The position numbers and the translations under genes are program-made. Shown one piece after another: positions 25,489 through 38,129 of a stretch of DNA of 64,000 nt (the stretch's first letter is position 1; every line of letters begins with the position of its first letter). The notes beneath the pieces are model-generated. The model made no database searches. It worked only from the letters and a program-made list of their open reading frames with translations, and had not been told where the DNA came from. This DNA comes from Geosiphon pyriformis uo1 (lineage: Eukaryota; Fungi; Glomeromycota). Location of the stretch: positions 49,331 to 113,330 of the forward strand of contig JAAOMT010000761.1 in NCBI GenBank assembly GCA_016748015.1. Direction: 5' to 3'.

Positions 25489-28400
25489 TTAATTTAACAT
25501 ATTTGGTTCAATTACTATAATTGGTTTCAGATCTTGTGAAATCTTATCTGGTTAGACTAGTATTCTCTGTGCTCTTAGTTGTGAAATATTATTGATAAAT
25601 GTTGATGCTATGTTTTGATAGAGTTTCAATCGATCTTCATGTGCTGCTTTGGTTAAAATTTTGTTGTTCAATCTTAATTTATAAGCTTCATTTTCTAGAA
25701 TTTTTTCTACATAAAATGATTTATCTTATTTGAGGTCAAATTTTCCACTCCATTGTTTTTCTGCTTTGGTATGATGTAAAAGTACTTTGTCTCCAATCCT
25801 GAATTTGACTGGTTTATCTGATAGTTGATTATTATGTCTTTTTTTTTGTTTTTCTTGTAACTTTTGAATATTATTAGCTGCTTTTTGCCATTTGTTTTCT
25901 AATGTTTCTATTAAGTCATATGTTCTTCTCAACAATGTTCTTTGAAAATTTTTTTTTGTTATTAGTTCTGTTAAATATGTTTTGACTTCTATCTTAACTA
26001 GTAATGTTACTGTTCTACTGTATACTAATTCAAATGGTATTGCTTGTGTAGTGTCTTGTTTTATTGTTTGATAAGCAAATAATATTGATGGTATGAACAA
26101 ATTCTATTTGTTCTAGTTTTTCTGGCTGATCTTAGTTATTGTTTCACACAGTGTTTTGTTGAACTTTTCAATTAACCTATTTGTTTATGGATGGTATAAT
26201 GATGATAATGGTCTTTTTATCCCAAATCTTTAACTTAATTTCACTAATGTTCTATTCACAAAGTGAGTTTCTTAATCTGATAGTAGTTTTTTTGGACATC
26301 TATATTAACAGATCAAATCTTGATAAACAAATTTGGCAACAGATTCTGCATCTGCTTTTTGAATGGCTTTTGCTTTTGGCTATTTTGTAAGATAATTCAT
26401 GACTACTGCAATATATTTGTTGCCTCTGCTGGTTATTGTTAATGGTCCAACTAAGTCAATTTCAATGTGATCAAATAGTTGTCCTACTTTGATTGGTCTT
26501 AACAGTTTACTAAGTCTTGTTCCTTCTTTTCCCTGACAAGCATTACAATTTTGGACATATTAAATAATGTCTGAATATATAGATGACCAATAATATTTTT
26601 TTCTGGTTCTTTCTATGGTTGTTTTTTTATGAAAATGTCCTGCTGTTGGATCTGAGTGCATGTTAAATAATATTGTCTCTTTCTTTGGTTCTGTAATTAC
26701 TCTGGTTGATTAATTTGGATTTTTTTGTTTTTCTGGTAAAATATATTTTGATGGTTGATAAAATATTTTGATTGTTGTTTTATGTTGTTTTGTTCTTTTT
26801 GAAATAATTTTTCCTTGAACAATTGGGTATTTATATAATATTGGAGTTATTAGTATTTTTGTATATTCATCTTTTGTTATATTTTTGGGTTAAAATGTTT
26901 TTAGATTTGTTTCATTTGTGACAATCTGTCAGTATTTCCATTTTTTTTTCTTTTTTATAATGTTTGTATAATTAAATAGTGAAAGTTCTATTTTCTATCT
27001 GGCATAGCAATTATCTCCAAATTTTTGCTTCTGGATTGAAGTCAATCTCTTGTAATCAGTGTATATCTCAAACTTTTGACTCAAGTATTCTTTTTATTTG
27101 GTAACAGCCCAATAAATAGCTAAGTGTTTTAGCACTGGAGTTTTATAGTTCTTTTCGGCTGGACTTAAGCTTCTACTGATGTAAGCTACTGGATGTTCTT
27201 ATTTATCTGGTCTTTTCTGCAATAGTACTGCTTCCAATGCTTGACCAGATGCATCAGTTGTAATTATAAATGACTTGCTATAATCCGAATAGATCAGTAC
27301 TGACTTGAATAAGCTTTTTTTTAATGTATCAAAAGCTTCTTACTGAGTTTCTGTTCATTTATATTTGGTGTTCTTTGTTTGGTGTTGGTATAGTAGTTGA
27401 GCTATTTTGGAAAAGTCTTTAATAAAGCAGCAGTAGTATCTCACAAATCCCAAGAATGCTTTTAATTCTGTAAAATTATTTGGTACTAGAAAGTTCTTAA
27501 CAATTTTAATCTTGTCTAAATCTGTTTTAATATCATTTTTGCTTACAACATGTTCCAAAAACTTGAGTTTTGTTTTGCCAAAGAAATATTTGTTTGCATT
27601 TAATTTCAATTCTGCTTGTTTGAGTCTTTCAAATACTTGTTGAAGATGATGCAAATGGTCATCAAATGTTTTTAAGAACACATTGGTGTCATCCAAGTAT
27701 ACAACTACTGATTTTTATAGTAGCCTAGTATAAACAATTTTCATAAATTGCTGAAAAGTGACTGGAGCATTCATCAAGCCAAATGGCATAATCTCAAATT
27801 CAAAATTCTTTTTTCATGTTGTAAAAGCTTTTTTCTCTTTATCTTCTGGTTTTATGGCTACTTGTTAGTAACTACTGTCTAAGTTTAAAGTTAAAAACCA
27901 TTTTTTTCCTCCAAAAGTGTCAAACAGCTCTTGGATCTTTGGAATTGGGTAGCTATCTCCTTTGGTCACTTCATTTAGTTTCTGGTAATCTACACAAAAG
28001 TAGATTTTCCCATTTTTCTTACAGACTAGTATTATTAGTAATGATTATGGGCTCATTGATGGCTGAATTAGCTTATTGTTAAGCATCCAATTGATTTCTT
28101 AACAAATAATCTTGTGGCTGGCTAATGGTACTCAATATGCTCTTTGTTTAATTGGCATTGTATTTCTAGTCTTAATCTGGTGCTGGATTATGTCAGTTCT
28201 GCCAAATTCATTTTTACTAGCAAAGATGTTATTGAAGTTGTTAAGTAACATCTTGAGTTATATCCATTAAAATGAGTCTAAGTTTCCCAAATTCATTTGT
28301 TCCAACTGTTTTGACTAGAGCAAATAATATTTATCTCATCTGTATATTGTTTGTAATGTAATATCTACATATCTGCACAATTGTGGAAAATCTGGAATGG

Positions 28401-28533
28401 TGTTTAGCAGTTGGTTTTCAATTTCGGTGGTTAAATATCCAATAATGATTCTTTCCAGTATCTCAATAATATTCTCCATGTTGTTGTAAATGAAAATTTT
28501 GATGTGCTTGTGGTTCTTGGCTGGTATGTATAG
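25489..28533 (-). pseudogene. A pol 3' part: RT, RNaseH, integrase
   Basis: YFCVDYQKLN, YLDDT (27685-27700), TDASGQALEAVL, H..PTAGHF / CNAC zinc site, IDLVGPL, FRIGDKVLL...KQWSGKF. Confidence 0.92.
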
Positions 28534-29510
28534 TGTTACCAGTAGAATTTTAGCTATTAATTAACATGAAATTACTCTCATAATTCTTATTATTAATTAG
28601 CATATATTATTATTATTTCAATTATTACTTATTAATTAATCAAATTATCAAATATTATTACTTAATCAATAATCCGATTTGTACTCTAGAAATTAAGATG
28701 ATCAAATTACACAATATTTTGAACCATTTAACATAGTCAAAATTTGCTAAAATTAATAAAAATTGGCCGAAATAATCAATAGTTCAGTAAAATAACTTGT
28801 AGTTTGCTGAAATGTATTTTTATTTTACCCAAATTGTAGCAAAGAAAAAAGTGCAAGTTCAAAGACTAGTACTACAACAAGTTGTATAAAAAAAGAGCTT
28901 CTTTTTTCAAGAAAATGTATCTTTTTATAGTATTTTCTCATAGTATTATAACATAGTATCTTACTTTTGATATCTTAAATTGAAACAAATCACTTTTTAC
29001 ACTTTTCAAATAAAAATTAAAAAAAATTTGAAAACAAATCCTTTAAATTATTACACTTGAAATTCCCTCAACACAATTAACATTTCGAAATTAATTAGCT
29101 ACCAATTTCAGTAATCTGTTAGTAACTCCAGGTCTGGACAGAAAATGTTTCTCTTGACAGAATTTTATTTCTTTTATTTTTCTATTCTTTTCTTATTATA
29201 ATCATTAGAGTAATCTACAGATGAGATTCCTGTAAAAGAGTTGACTTTTACAGCAAAGTAACTACACATTTTAGTGAGCTTTCAGATGAGCAATTCCTAG
29301 GAAAGAGTTAACATTTACTACAACATAACTACACAAAGTAATTGGCATAGAATTGGCCATTCCACTTATAAGCCCAGCAGTTCAAATTATAAGAGATAAT
29401 TTAAAAATAAATTCAGTTATTAGAGGTTCAACTACTTCCTAAAAATGTGAATTCATAGCAAATCAACATTAACAACATTCAAAAAAAGAGACCAAAAACC
29501 TCTTGTAATA
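28534..29510 (+). repeat. B 5' LTR (977 bp)
   Basis: Direct repeat of 37138-38129; followed by TT+TGGTGCTC. Confidence 0.95.
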
Positions 29511-29512
29511 TT

Positions 29513-29528
29513 TGGTGCTCTCCCATAG
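29513..29528 (+). promoter_or_regulatory. B primer-binding site
   Basis: TGGTGCTCTCCCATAG two nt after the LTR; complementary to a tRNA ending ...GAGAGCACCA. Confidence 0.75.
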
Positions 29529-29555
29529 AAATAATACAACAACAACAAATTGAAA

Positions 29556-32500
29556 GTGGCGACCATATCAGACATAACAACTCTAGAGTATTATCAGTCA
29601 ATTTACACTCACTGCAAGCAAAGATTCAACATCTCAGACGGAATTGAAGTTGTCAAGAAGTCAGTATACTAATACATCAAAAACTGCATCAACAATTATT
29701 TTTTTGAAAACTACAACATTTCAGAAGTTAGAAACAACCTCTATAATAATTTAGTGCACTATTCACAATTGGAAACAGAAAACCTGAACAGTGAAACTCT
29801 TGCAACCTACTTCCAAGAACTTAACTACAACATTATTTAGTATTGTGAAGAAAAATACCCAGTACAGTCTAGATATTTTATTGACTTTGAATTAGAAACA
29901 GAAACAAGCAACAAAGGCAAACAAAAATTAAAGCAACATTCAAGCACCACCTCAACTACTCCAAAAACACCAAAAATAACTGCCAAATATTTGCAAACTC
30001 CAGAACAAGGAACCAACACCAGACTTTTATTCTCAGTTACATCTTTTTTAATTTTACTTGCTTAACCACAAATACCAAATTCACCACTTATTCATTTTTT
30101 AAGACCAGAAGATTTTCAATTATCCAAAAGTTCCACTCAACAGCAAGAATCTATATTAACCAGCACCAATATTATTGATTACTTACAAGAAAACAAAAGT
30201 AATCATTCAGAGAACTTGGAAAGTGAAGAAACTGAATCAGAACAAAAAAAAACTACAGAAAACAAAGAAAAAATGACAACTGCTTACATTGCAAAGATTC
30301 CAGAATTTACTAGTGAAGATAATAATACCAGTCTTCAAGAATAGCTTGACAAAATTCAAAAAGCAGGAGATACAAATGGTTGGAATATAGCAAAAATGCT
30401 CAAAACAATTTCATACTTTCTTCAAAGAACTGCAAGAAAATGATTTAAAAACTTAAAAGAACCATTTGGAATTTGGCAAGCATTCAAAGATGCTTTCTTA
30501 CAACAATTCACTGACAACAACATCTCTATCACTTTTCACAATCACTTTTATAATATCAAACAAGAAACATCTAAAACTGTCATGACTTATCTTGAGAGAT
30601 TCAACAAACTTTTTTGACAAATTTAACAATTAGAAAACAATAAATACTATTCCAATGCTCAGATTTTGGATCAATTTATAGCAGGATTAAAAGACAAATT
30701 AATCAAAAAAGTTTACTCACATGTACCAGAAGACTTAGCAACAGCCATTAGATATACAAAGAATTATGAAATGGCAATAGAAGAAGCAAATCACACCAAA
30801 CTTGTCAACTTAGCCATTGGAAAAACCAGTTCAGCAGCCAAAGAAAAAATAGATCAACTCACAAAAAAAGTTGAAAACTACTTTACAAACCAACAACAAC
30901 AGCAGCAACAACCACAAAGATATTAACCACCACAATAATGCAACCAAAACAATTTTGGATCACCATCCAACAATCAATCTCAAAATTGTTATTATTGTGG
31001 AATTTTAGGACACTAGAAACGAAATTGCAGGAAATTACAAAGAGACCAACAAAACAGGAGTAATTAATGTTACTTTTTACTACAACAATCTTATTACCAA
31101 TTCCTACCACCAACTTATTATTTACTAAGACCACAAAATCAAAACAGTTACTATTAACCAGCTCCACAATCAATGCAGCAACAATATCAGCAATCTTTAC
31201 CAATTCAGCAATATCAGACACCACCTATTCAACAATATCAAGTACCAGCCAGAAGATTGGTTCAACATAACCAATTTTTACTCCAAAATCAATTTCAGAA
31301 TAACAACAACAGAACCAACCCAAATAACCAGTTGGTTCTTCGAAATTCTGGTTAGCAAAGACCCAATCACTATCATACTCAACCCAGTTATCTTACAATG
31401 TCTGAAGGATCGGATTTTCAACAAACTGTACTTCCTGAAAGTAAAGTTGCAGCACCAAAATCAAACCCTTCCAACAATACTATTTCACCAGCTCAAATTG
31501 CCCAAAATGCCAACTTTTCAGATATATTCCCATTCGAATTTAAAGCAAATAAATCACCATTCTTGCTTAGTAATGCAGCAGCTAATGAACAAAAAGCTAT
31601 CACTGCTATGTATACTGAAACTACAGTAGAAGAAAACCCATCCAATTAATTCTAGACAGTGGATTAGCTGGAAGTATTATTACCTATCAGTTAATACAAC
31701 AGCTTCAAAGAACTGTTGACAAACCAGCCCAAACTGTAATTGTTATAACAGATGGTATAAAAAAGATACCAGTAGGAGAAATTGACAATTTCCTTTTTAC
31801 CATTAATGAAATCACCATTCTAGTCAAAGTTCTAGTTATGGATACACTTCAATACCAAGCTTTTGTCAAAAATAATTGGCTTCTCAAGGCCAATGCAAAT
31901 TTAGATTGGGAAACTCAGGAACTCAAAATTTCATACCAAGGACAATACACCATAGTACTTGCTACTTATAGCACTTTTAACAAATGATCAGAAAAAGCCC
32001 CAGTGTTTAAATTTGAGGAGGAGAAGGAAATGCCACTTATTGAAACTTATATGGCACTTAAATCAACATCTAATTGGACTGAGAAAACAGAACAAGAGAT
32101 TTTTGAAGAGTCAAGAAAATGGAAGAAAGTTAGATATTCCACACTAAAATCACGGAAACAACCACCTTACATTCTACTTAAATGCAGAGATTGCAAAAAA
32201 AAACTTTCATCAATGAAAGCATGTATTTTTCCAGAAGAAAAATATGAAACTCACATCTGCTACTTTTGCAAAATATGCTATAGAGAACAATTTGGATATC
32301 CCAAAAAGAGTGAAAAATAGAACAACATTCCTTGTTTTATATGTAGAAATATACTACCAGAAGAATGCAACTGAATTGATGTTACAATGAGAGGAGGAGT
32401 ATATAACCAAACCTGCCAATATGTCTTATCAATTTCGGAAAAAGTTAAAAGAAAAACACCTTTTGATACAACATACAACAGTGCTCTCAACAAACTGTAC

Positions 32501-35500
32501 CACTATCTACATAATACTGAAATGATCTTTGATTTAGCAATGGCTTTAATTAATGGAGCCACACAGAAAGATGTCTGCCAAATAAAAAAAGCTGAGTATA
32601 TTGAATATACAATAGAATTAGCTGGATTCAACTATGAAGATAAAGTAAAAACATACCACCAAATTGCAAGCTACATATACTCAACTCAAGAAGCTCAAAT
32701 TCAATGATTAGAGCAAATGAATATTCAATTGTGTGAAGAATGCATCATGCCTTGTGATAAAAAATAGTGTCCAGAATGCTATGCTCTTAGCATTCTCCTA
32801 CCCAGCGAAAATGACCAGGAAGAAATTGAATTTGGAAAACTAGAAACAAAAGAAGAAATTACAACCACACCAATTTACTTTATTGAAAACCAGTCTGCTA
32901 TACAACTCAAATACTTTGACAACAATGGAAAAGGAATAAAACCAGAAAAAGCCCACGAAATTAATGCAGGATATGACTTAAGATATTCTGGCAAAGATAT
33001 TTTGGTTCTTCAACCAAAATCCTTAACCAAAATCAACCTTAGAATTGCTCTTGAAATACCACCAGAAGCAATAGTACAAATTGCTTTCTGATCATTATTG
33101 GCAAGCAAAGGAATCAATGTTAGAAAAGAAGTTATAGATGCAAGATAGACTGAAAACATTATCATCATGTTACAGAATGAAACAGACAAACCATTCCGGA
33201 TTGAACATGCTGAAAAAATTGCCCAAGCAATTTATCTATCTTTAATTAACATTTCAGGTTTACAATCAGTTGATAACAGAGAACAATTGGAAAAAAGTAA
33301 AAAAAGAATACAAGTTTTGGTTCAACTGAACGATTTATAGTATCAGTAAACATAGCACTCAATGCACAAAATGAATCCCACCAGATTTTTCAACTTCCCC
33401 AACCAATTATCATTTAATTTTTTGGTGAATATTATGAAATCTACACTTGCTCAAAACCTCCTTAGAACCCCAACAACAAAGACAATTGAAACAATTGATA
33501 GCTAAATTTACAAATATATTTGCAAAAGACAATAATGATCTTGGAAAAACTGATATTGTTTAACACCAGATTTACACAGAAGATGCTTTACCAAAACAAC
33601 AACAGGTCTATCAAGTTCCACCTGCTAGCCACCAATTTATCAGAGAAGAAATCCAAAGAATGCTCAATAATGAATTGATTCAACCATTAAGAAGTCCTTG
33701 GGCCTCACCAGTAGTTCTTGTTAAAAAGAAAAATGGAAAAATCAAATTCTGTGTAGATTATTGCCAGCTCAATAGCATGACAATTGGAGATGCCTACCCT
33801 CTTCTAAGAATTAATAATATGCTGGATGCCTTAGGAAAAGCCAAGTTCTTCTCAACTTTTGACTTGGAAAGTGGATACTGACAAGTCGAAATAGACCCAA
33901 AAGATCGACCCAAAACAGCATTTACCACTCAAGAAGAGAACTATAAATTCAATATTATGTCTTTTGAACTCTGCAATGCACCAGCAACATTTCAACAACT
34001 CATAGATGTTGTATATAAAGGACTTTTGTGGCAATTAGTAGTTGTCTATCTTGATAACACTAATGTGTACTCTCCAAGCTTTGAAGCTTATCTCATTTAC
34101 CTGCGAGAAGTTTTTCAATGATTATGGAAATCAAGATTAAAGTTAAATATTGAGAAATGTCACTTTGGAAAAACAAGTTTAATTTTTCTTGAATACATTG
34201 TTAGCAAAGATGGAGTCAAACCAAACCCTAGAACAATCAGTGCTGTCAAAAACTTTCAAACTTCCAAAAATACCACAGAACTATGAAAATTTGTAAGATT
34301 AGCCTTCTACTATCAAAAATTTATAAAAGAATTCTCAAAGATTACCAAACCACTCAATTGTCTTATCAACAAAAACATGCCATATCAATGGACTGAAGAA
34401 CAACAAAAAACTTTTGAAACCCTCAAAACAAAATTAACAACAGTCCCAGTTCTTGCTTACTCAGACTTCAACAAACGATTCTAATTAGCCACTGATGTCT
34501 CACAAATAGCATTTGGTGCCATCTTATCACAATTAGATAAAAATGGCCAAGAACAAGTCATTGCCTATGCCAGTAGAACATTCAAACCAACAGAACTCAA
34601 ATATGGCTCAATTGAATTAGAAGCTGCCACAGTCATTTGGGCTCTTAAACATTTTTAACAATATCTAAAGAATGGAAAAGAGTTTGACATCATAACTGAC
34701 AATATTGGTCTCAAATAACTCAATAAAAAGAAAACTAAACAAAGTGCCAAACAGTCTTAATAGAATGACTTTCTAGCAAATTACAAATATACTGTACACC
34801 ACAAACCAGGAAAATTACACACCAATATTGATAGCCTTTCAAGAATAAGACAAGATTAATAACACCAACAAATTCATCACAACTTACTAACCTACCAACA
34901 AATAACAAAACAACAATAGACCCAGAAATTACAACAATCTTAAAAACTATTTGGAGACTCTTATCATACCAAAAAATTGGTCTCCAAGTGAAAAACATTG
35001 ATTACAACACCAATTCAAACAATATTTCATACACCACAACAAAATTTATTACAAAAATCACAGAAATCCAAACCAACCACTCAGATTAATACAAGAGAAT
35101 AAAAAAAACAATCCTATATAAAATGTACACAGATTTTTCTTCAGCACACTTGGAAAAAGATAGAACAATTCAAAAAACTCTTGAACATTATTTTTGGCCT
35201 CACATGTAAAAAGACATTTGACAATATGTAGAATCTTGTGATAGTTGTTAAAGAAAAAAAGAAACTTACTGCACAGAACCTTTAAATCCAATCAAAGTTA
35301 GACAACCTTTTGACAGAGTTGGAATTGATTTAGTCGGACCATTACCTATCACAACCCAAAGAAATTGTTATATTGTAGTTATAGTAGATTATCTCACCAA
35401 ATGGCCTAAAGCTAGAGTCATTCAAAGAGCAGATGCAAAATCAGTAGCAAATTTCATCTATAAAGACATTATTTGTAGAAATGGATGTCTAATTGAACTT

Positions 35501-36298
35501 TTATCTGATCAAGAAACACATTTTGTAAACAACTTGATACAAGAAATTTGTGAACAATTCAATATCAAAAGATCTTTATTATTATCTTATCACCTTCAAA
35601 CAAATAGACTTATAGAACATTTCAACAAAACATTGTGTAAATCTTTAGCCAAAGTCTCAACAGATTTTAAACAGGAATGAGATATCTTTATTCTATCAGT
35701 GTTACTAACATACAGAACACTAAAACAAGATACTATAAAACACATACCATTTGATCTTATTTATAGAAAGACAGCAATATTACCAATTAATTTTACAGTA
35801 GAAACATATCCAGTACAACCAATCAATGAAGAAAACTTTCAGGAAACACTCCAAAGAAAAGTCTACACTCTCCTTAGTACATTGGAAGGAAAAAAACACA
35901 TAGCAGTCTCTCATATTGAACACTCCCAAACTCTACAAAAAGAAAGGCATGACAACAAACTGCTATTAGTTACCAATAAATTTAAGATTGGAAATAAAAT
36001 TCTCTTACACAGAACTAAGGCTGAAAAACAATAGAGTAGAAAATTTAAACATAAATGGGATAGACCATTTTATATTCACGAAATTTTAGGCAATAGATTA
36101 TACAAATTAAAACTTGATGACAAAGTACTGGCAAATATTGCACATAAAGATTGATTGAAACACTATTATTTCAGAAACAATCTTAAACCATTAATTCTAT
36201 AAATTGGTACACATTTTTCTTTAATTAATTCTGAAGATATTCCCCAAAATTTAGAACCAATAATTATAATAAAACAACAACCAAACTTGAATTCTTAA
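29556..36298 (+). pseudogene. B gag-pol polyprotein (extended Gag, PR, Cys-rich domain, dUTPase, RT, RNaseH, IN)
   Basis: Capsid IAKIPEFTSED / ILDQFIAGL; knuckle CYYCGILGH*KRNC (~30987-31028); PR LILDSG (~31650); dUTPase AGYDL..IDA..IAQ..FGST (~32910-33330); RT WASPVVLV, FCVDY, YLDNT; RNaseH TDVS; IN GIDLVGPL, LSDQ, FNKTL. Confidence 0.93.
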
Positions 36299-36451
36299 TT
36301 TAACATTCTTACAATAATTTTTTTAAAACAACACACAAAACCAAAAATAGTAAATAATTACAAATAACATTCAAACCCAAAAACAAATAAAAATCCCATA
36401 CCCAAAAATAATTTTCTTTATTCTTCTTTTTATTAGTTAACCATTTTTATC

Positions 36452-37126
36452 ATGATTATTTTCCGAAATATTCAACAAATATCCCAAAAATTAATGTTAG
36501 CCTTGAAAACACTTCCTGACTTATCCATAACGATTAATGGAAGTCAAATTAATTACATTCAGAAAGAAACCACAGCCCCAGTAGTAAATAATTCTCAGAA
36601 CTATTACTTTTATAGAAGAAAAACAAAAGGTCACTCTGAAAATAGGTTACCAGAACTTTTGAAGCAAGCACTAAAAGAAAATTTTTTAATTGCCCCTATT
36701 AATATTTCACCAAATACCACAATTCAACAAAAGCTTTTACTATTTCTTAATGAACAGAACAATAAACATACCCTTATATATAGATATTTTCATATTGGAA
36801 AAACACTTTATGAACAAAAACTGGAACTTAAAGCAACCAACATCACCTGAGGCTATATAAAAACAAAATCACAATGAATTCAAGACAACAGCTGGACCAA
36901 CAAACATTTGCTACAAACTTAAAGCAGCATCTAGACTCTATGATTTATTTAACACTTGTGAAAATATCTTATAAAATCTAATACTTCATCTAATAAAGAT
37001 TCAATATATTGGAAAGCTTACAGAACTGAAATTTCAACAATTTTCAGACCAAATCACTTCAATCATTTTGGACTACTATCTTGATATCATAAATAGTGCT
37101 TGGACTTTGATGGAGCTCAGTCTTAA
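36452..37126 (+). pseudogene. B ORF3 (env-position, unknown function)
   Basis: ORF 36452-36850 (MIIFRNIQQISQKL...ITINGSQINY...YRYFHIGK) continues with AASRLYDLF...IGKLTELKFQQF...DFDGAQS* immediately before the PPT. Confidence 0.85.
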
Positions 37127-37137
37127 GAAGGAGATTA

Positions 37138-38129
37138 TGTTACCAATAGAATTTTAGCTATTAATTAACATGAAATTACCCTTATAATTCCTATTATTAA
37201 TTAGCATATATTATTATTATTTCGATTATTACTTATTAATTAATCAAATTATCAAATATTATTACTCAATCAATAATTCGATTTGTACTCTAGAAATTAA
37301 GATAATCAAATTACAAAATATTCTAATTCATTTAACATAGTCAAAATTCGCCGAAATTAATAGAAATTGGCCAAAATAATCAATAATTCAGTAAAATAAT
37401 TTGTAGTTTGCTGAAATATATCTTTAGTTCACCCAAATTGTAGCAAAAAGAAAAATGCAAGTTTAAAGACTAGTACTATAACAAGTTGTATAAAAGAAAA
37501 GCTTCTCTTTTCAAGAAAATATATCTTCTTATAGTATCTTCTTATAGTATTTTCTCATAGTATTATAACATAGTATCTTACTTTAAATATCTTAAATTGA
37601 AACAAATCATCTTTTATATTTTTCAAATAAAAATTAAAAAAAAAATTTGAAAACAAATTCTTTAAATTATTATACTTGAAATTCCCTCAACACAACTAAC
37701 ATTTCGAAATTAATTAGCTACCAATTTCAGTAATCTGTTAGTGACTCCAGGCCTGGACAGAAAACGTTTTCCTTGACAGAATTTTATTTCTTTTATTTTT
37801 CTATTCTTTTCTTATCATAATCATTAGGGTAGCCTACAGACAAGATTCCTATAGAAGAGCTGACTTTTACAGCAAAGTAACTATACATTTTAGTAAGCTT
37901 CCAGACAAGCAATTTTTGGGAAAGAGTTGATATTTACTACAATGTAACTACACAAAGTAACTGGCATAGAATTGGCCATTCTATTCATAAGTTCAGCAGT
38001 TCAAATTATAGGAGATAATTTGAAGATAAATTCAGTTATTGGAGGTTCAACTACTTTCTGAGAATGTGAATTCATAGCAAATCAATATTAACAACATTTA
38101 AGAAAAAAGACCAAAAATCTCTGGTAACA
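37138..38129 (+). repeat. B 3' LTR (992 bp)
   Basis: TGTTACC...GGTAACA; contains a 13-bp duplication (ATCTTCTTATAGT x2, ~37522-37547) absent from the 5' LTR. Confidence 0.95.

Larger units (their letters stand above)
28534..38129 (+). mobile_element. B: complete Ty3/gypsy-like element of a second family, 9.6 kb, nested in A; 4-bp TSD GTAG (ATAG/GTAA)
   Basis: LTRs 28534-29510 and 37138-38129 are near-identical direct repeats (TGTTACC...GTAA(C/T)A); PBS; PPT GAAGGAGAT; empty site GTATGT-GTAG-ATTGACT seen in C and E. Confidence 0.97.

Noticed and set aside
36000-36298. Chromodomain at the integrase C-terminus
   Set aside because: Only the GPY/F module and a short tail are present; no Y.VE.I / YLVKW motif.
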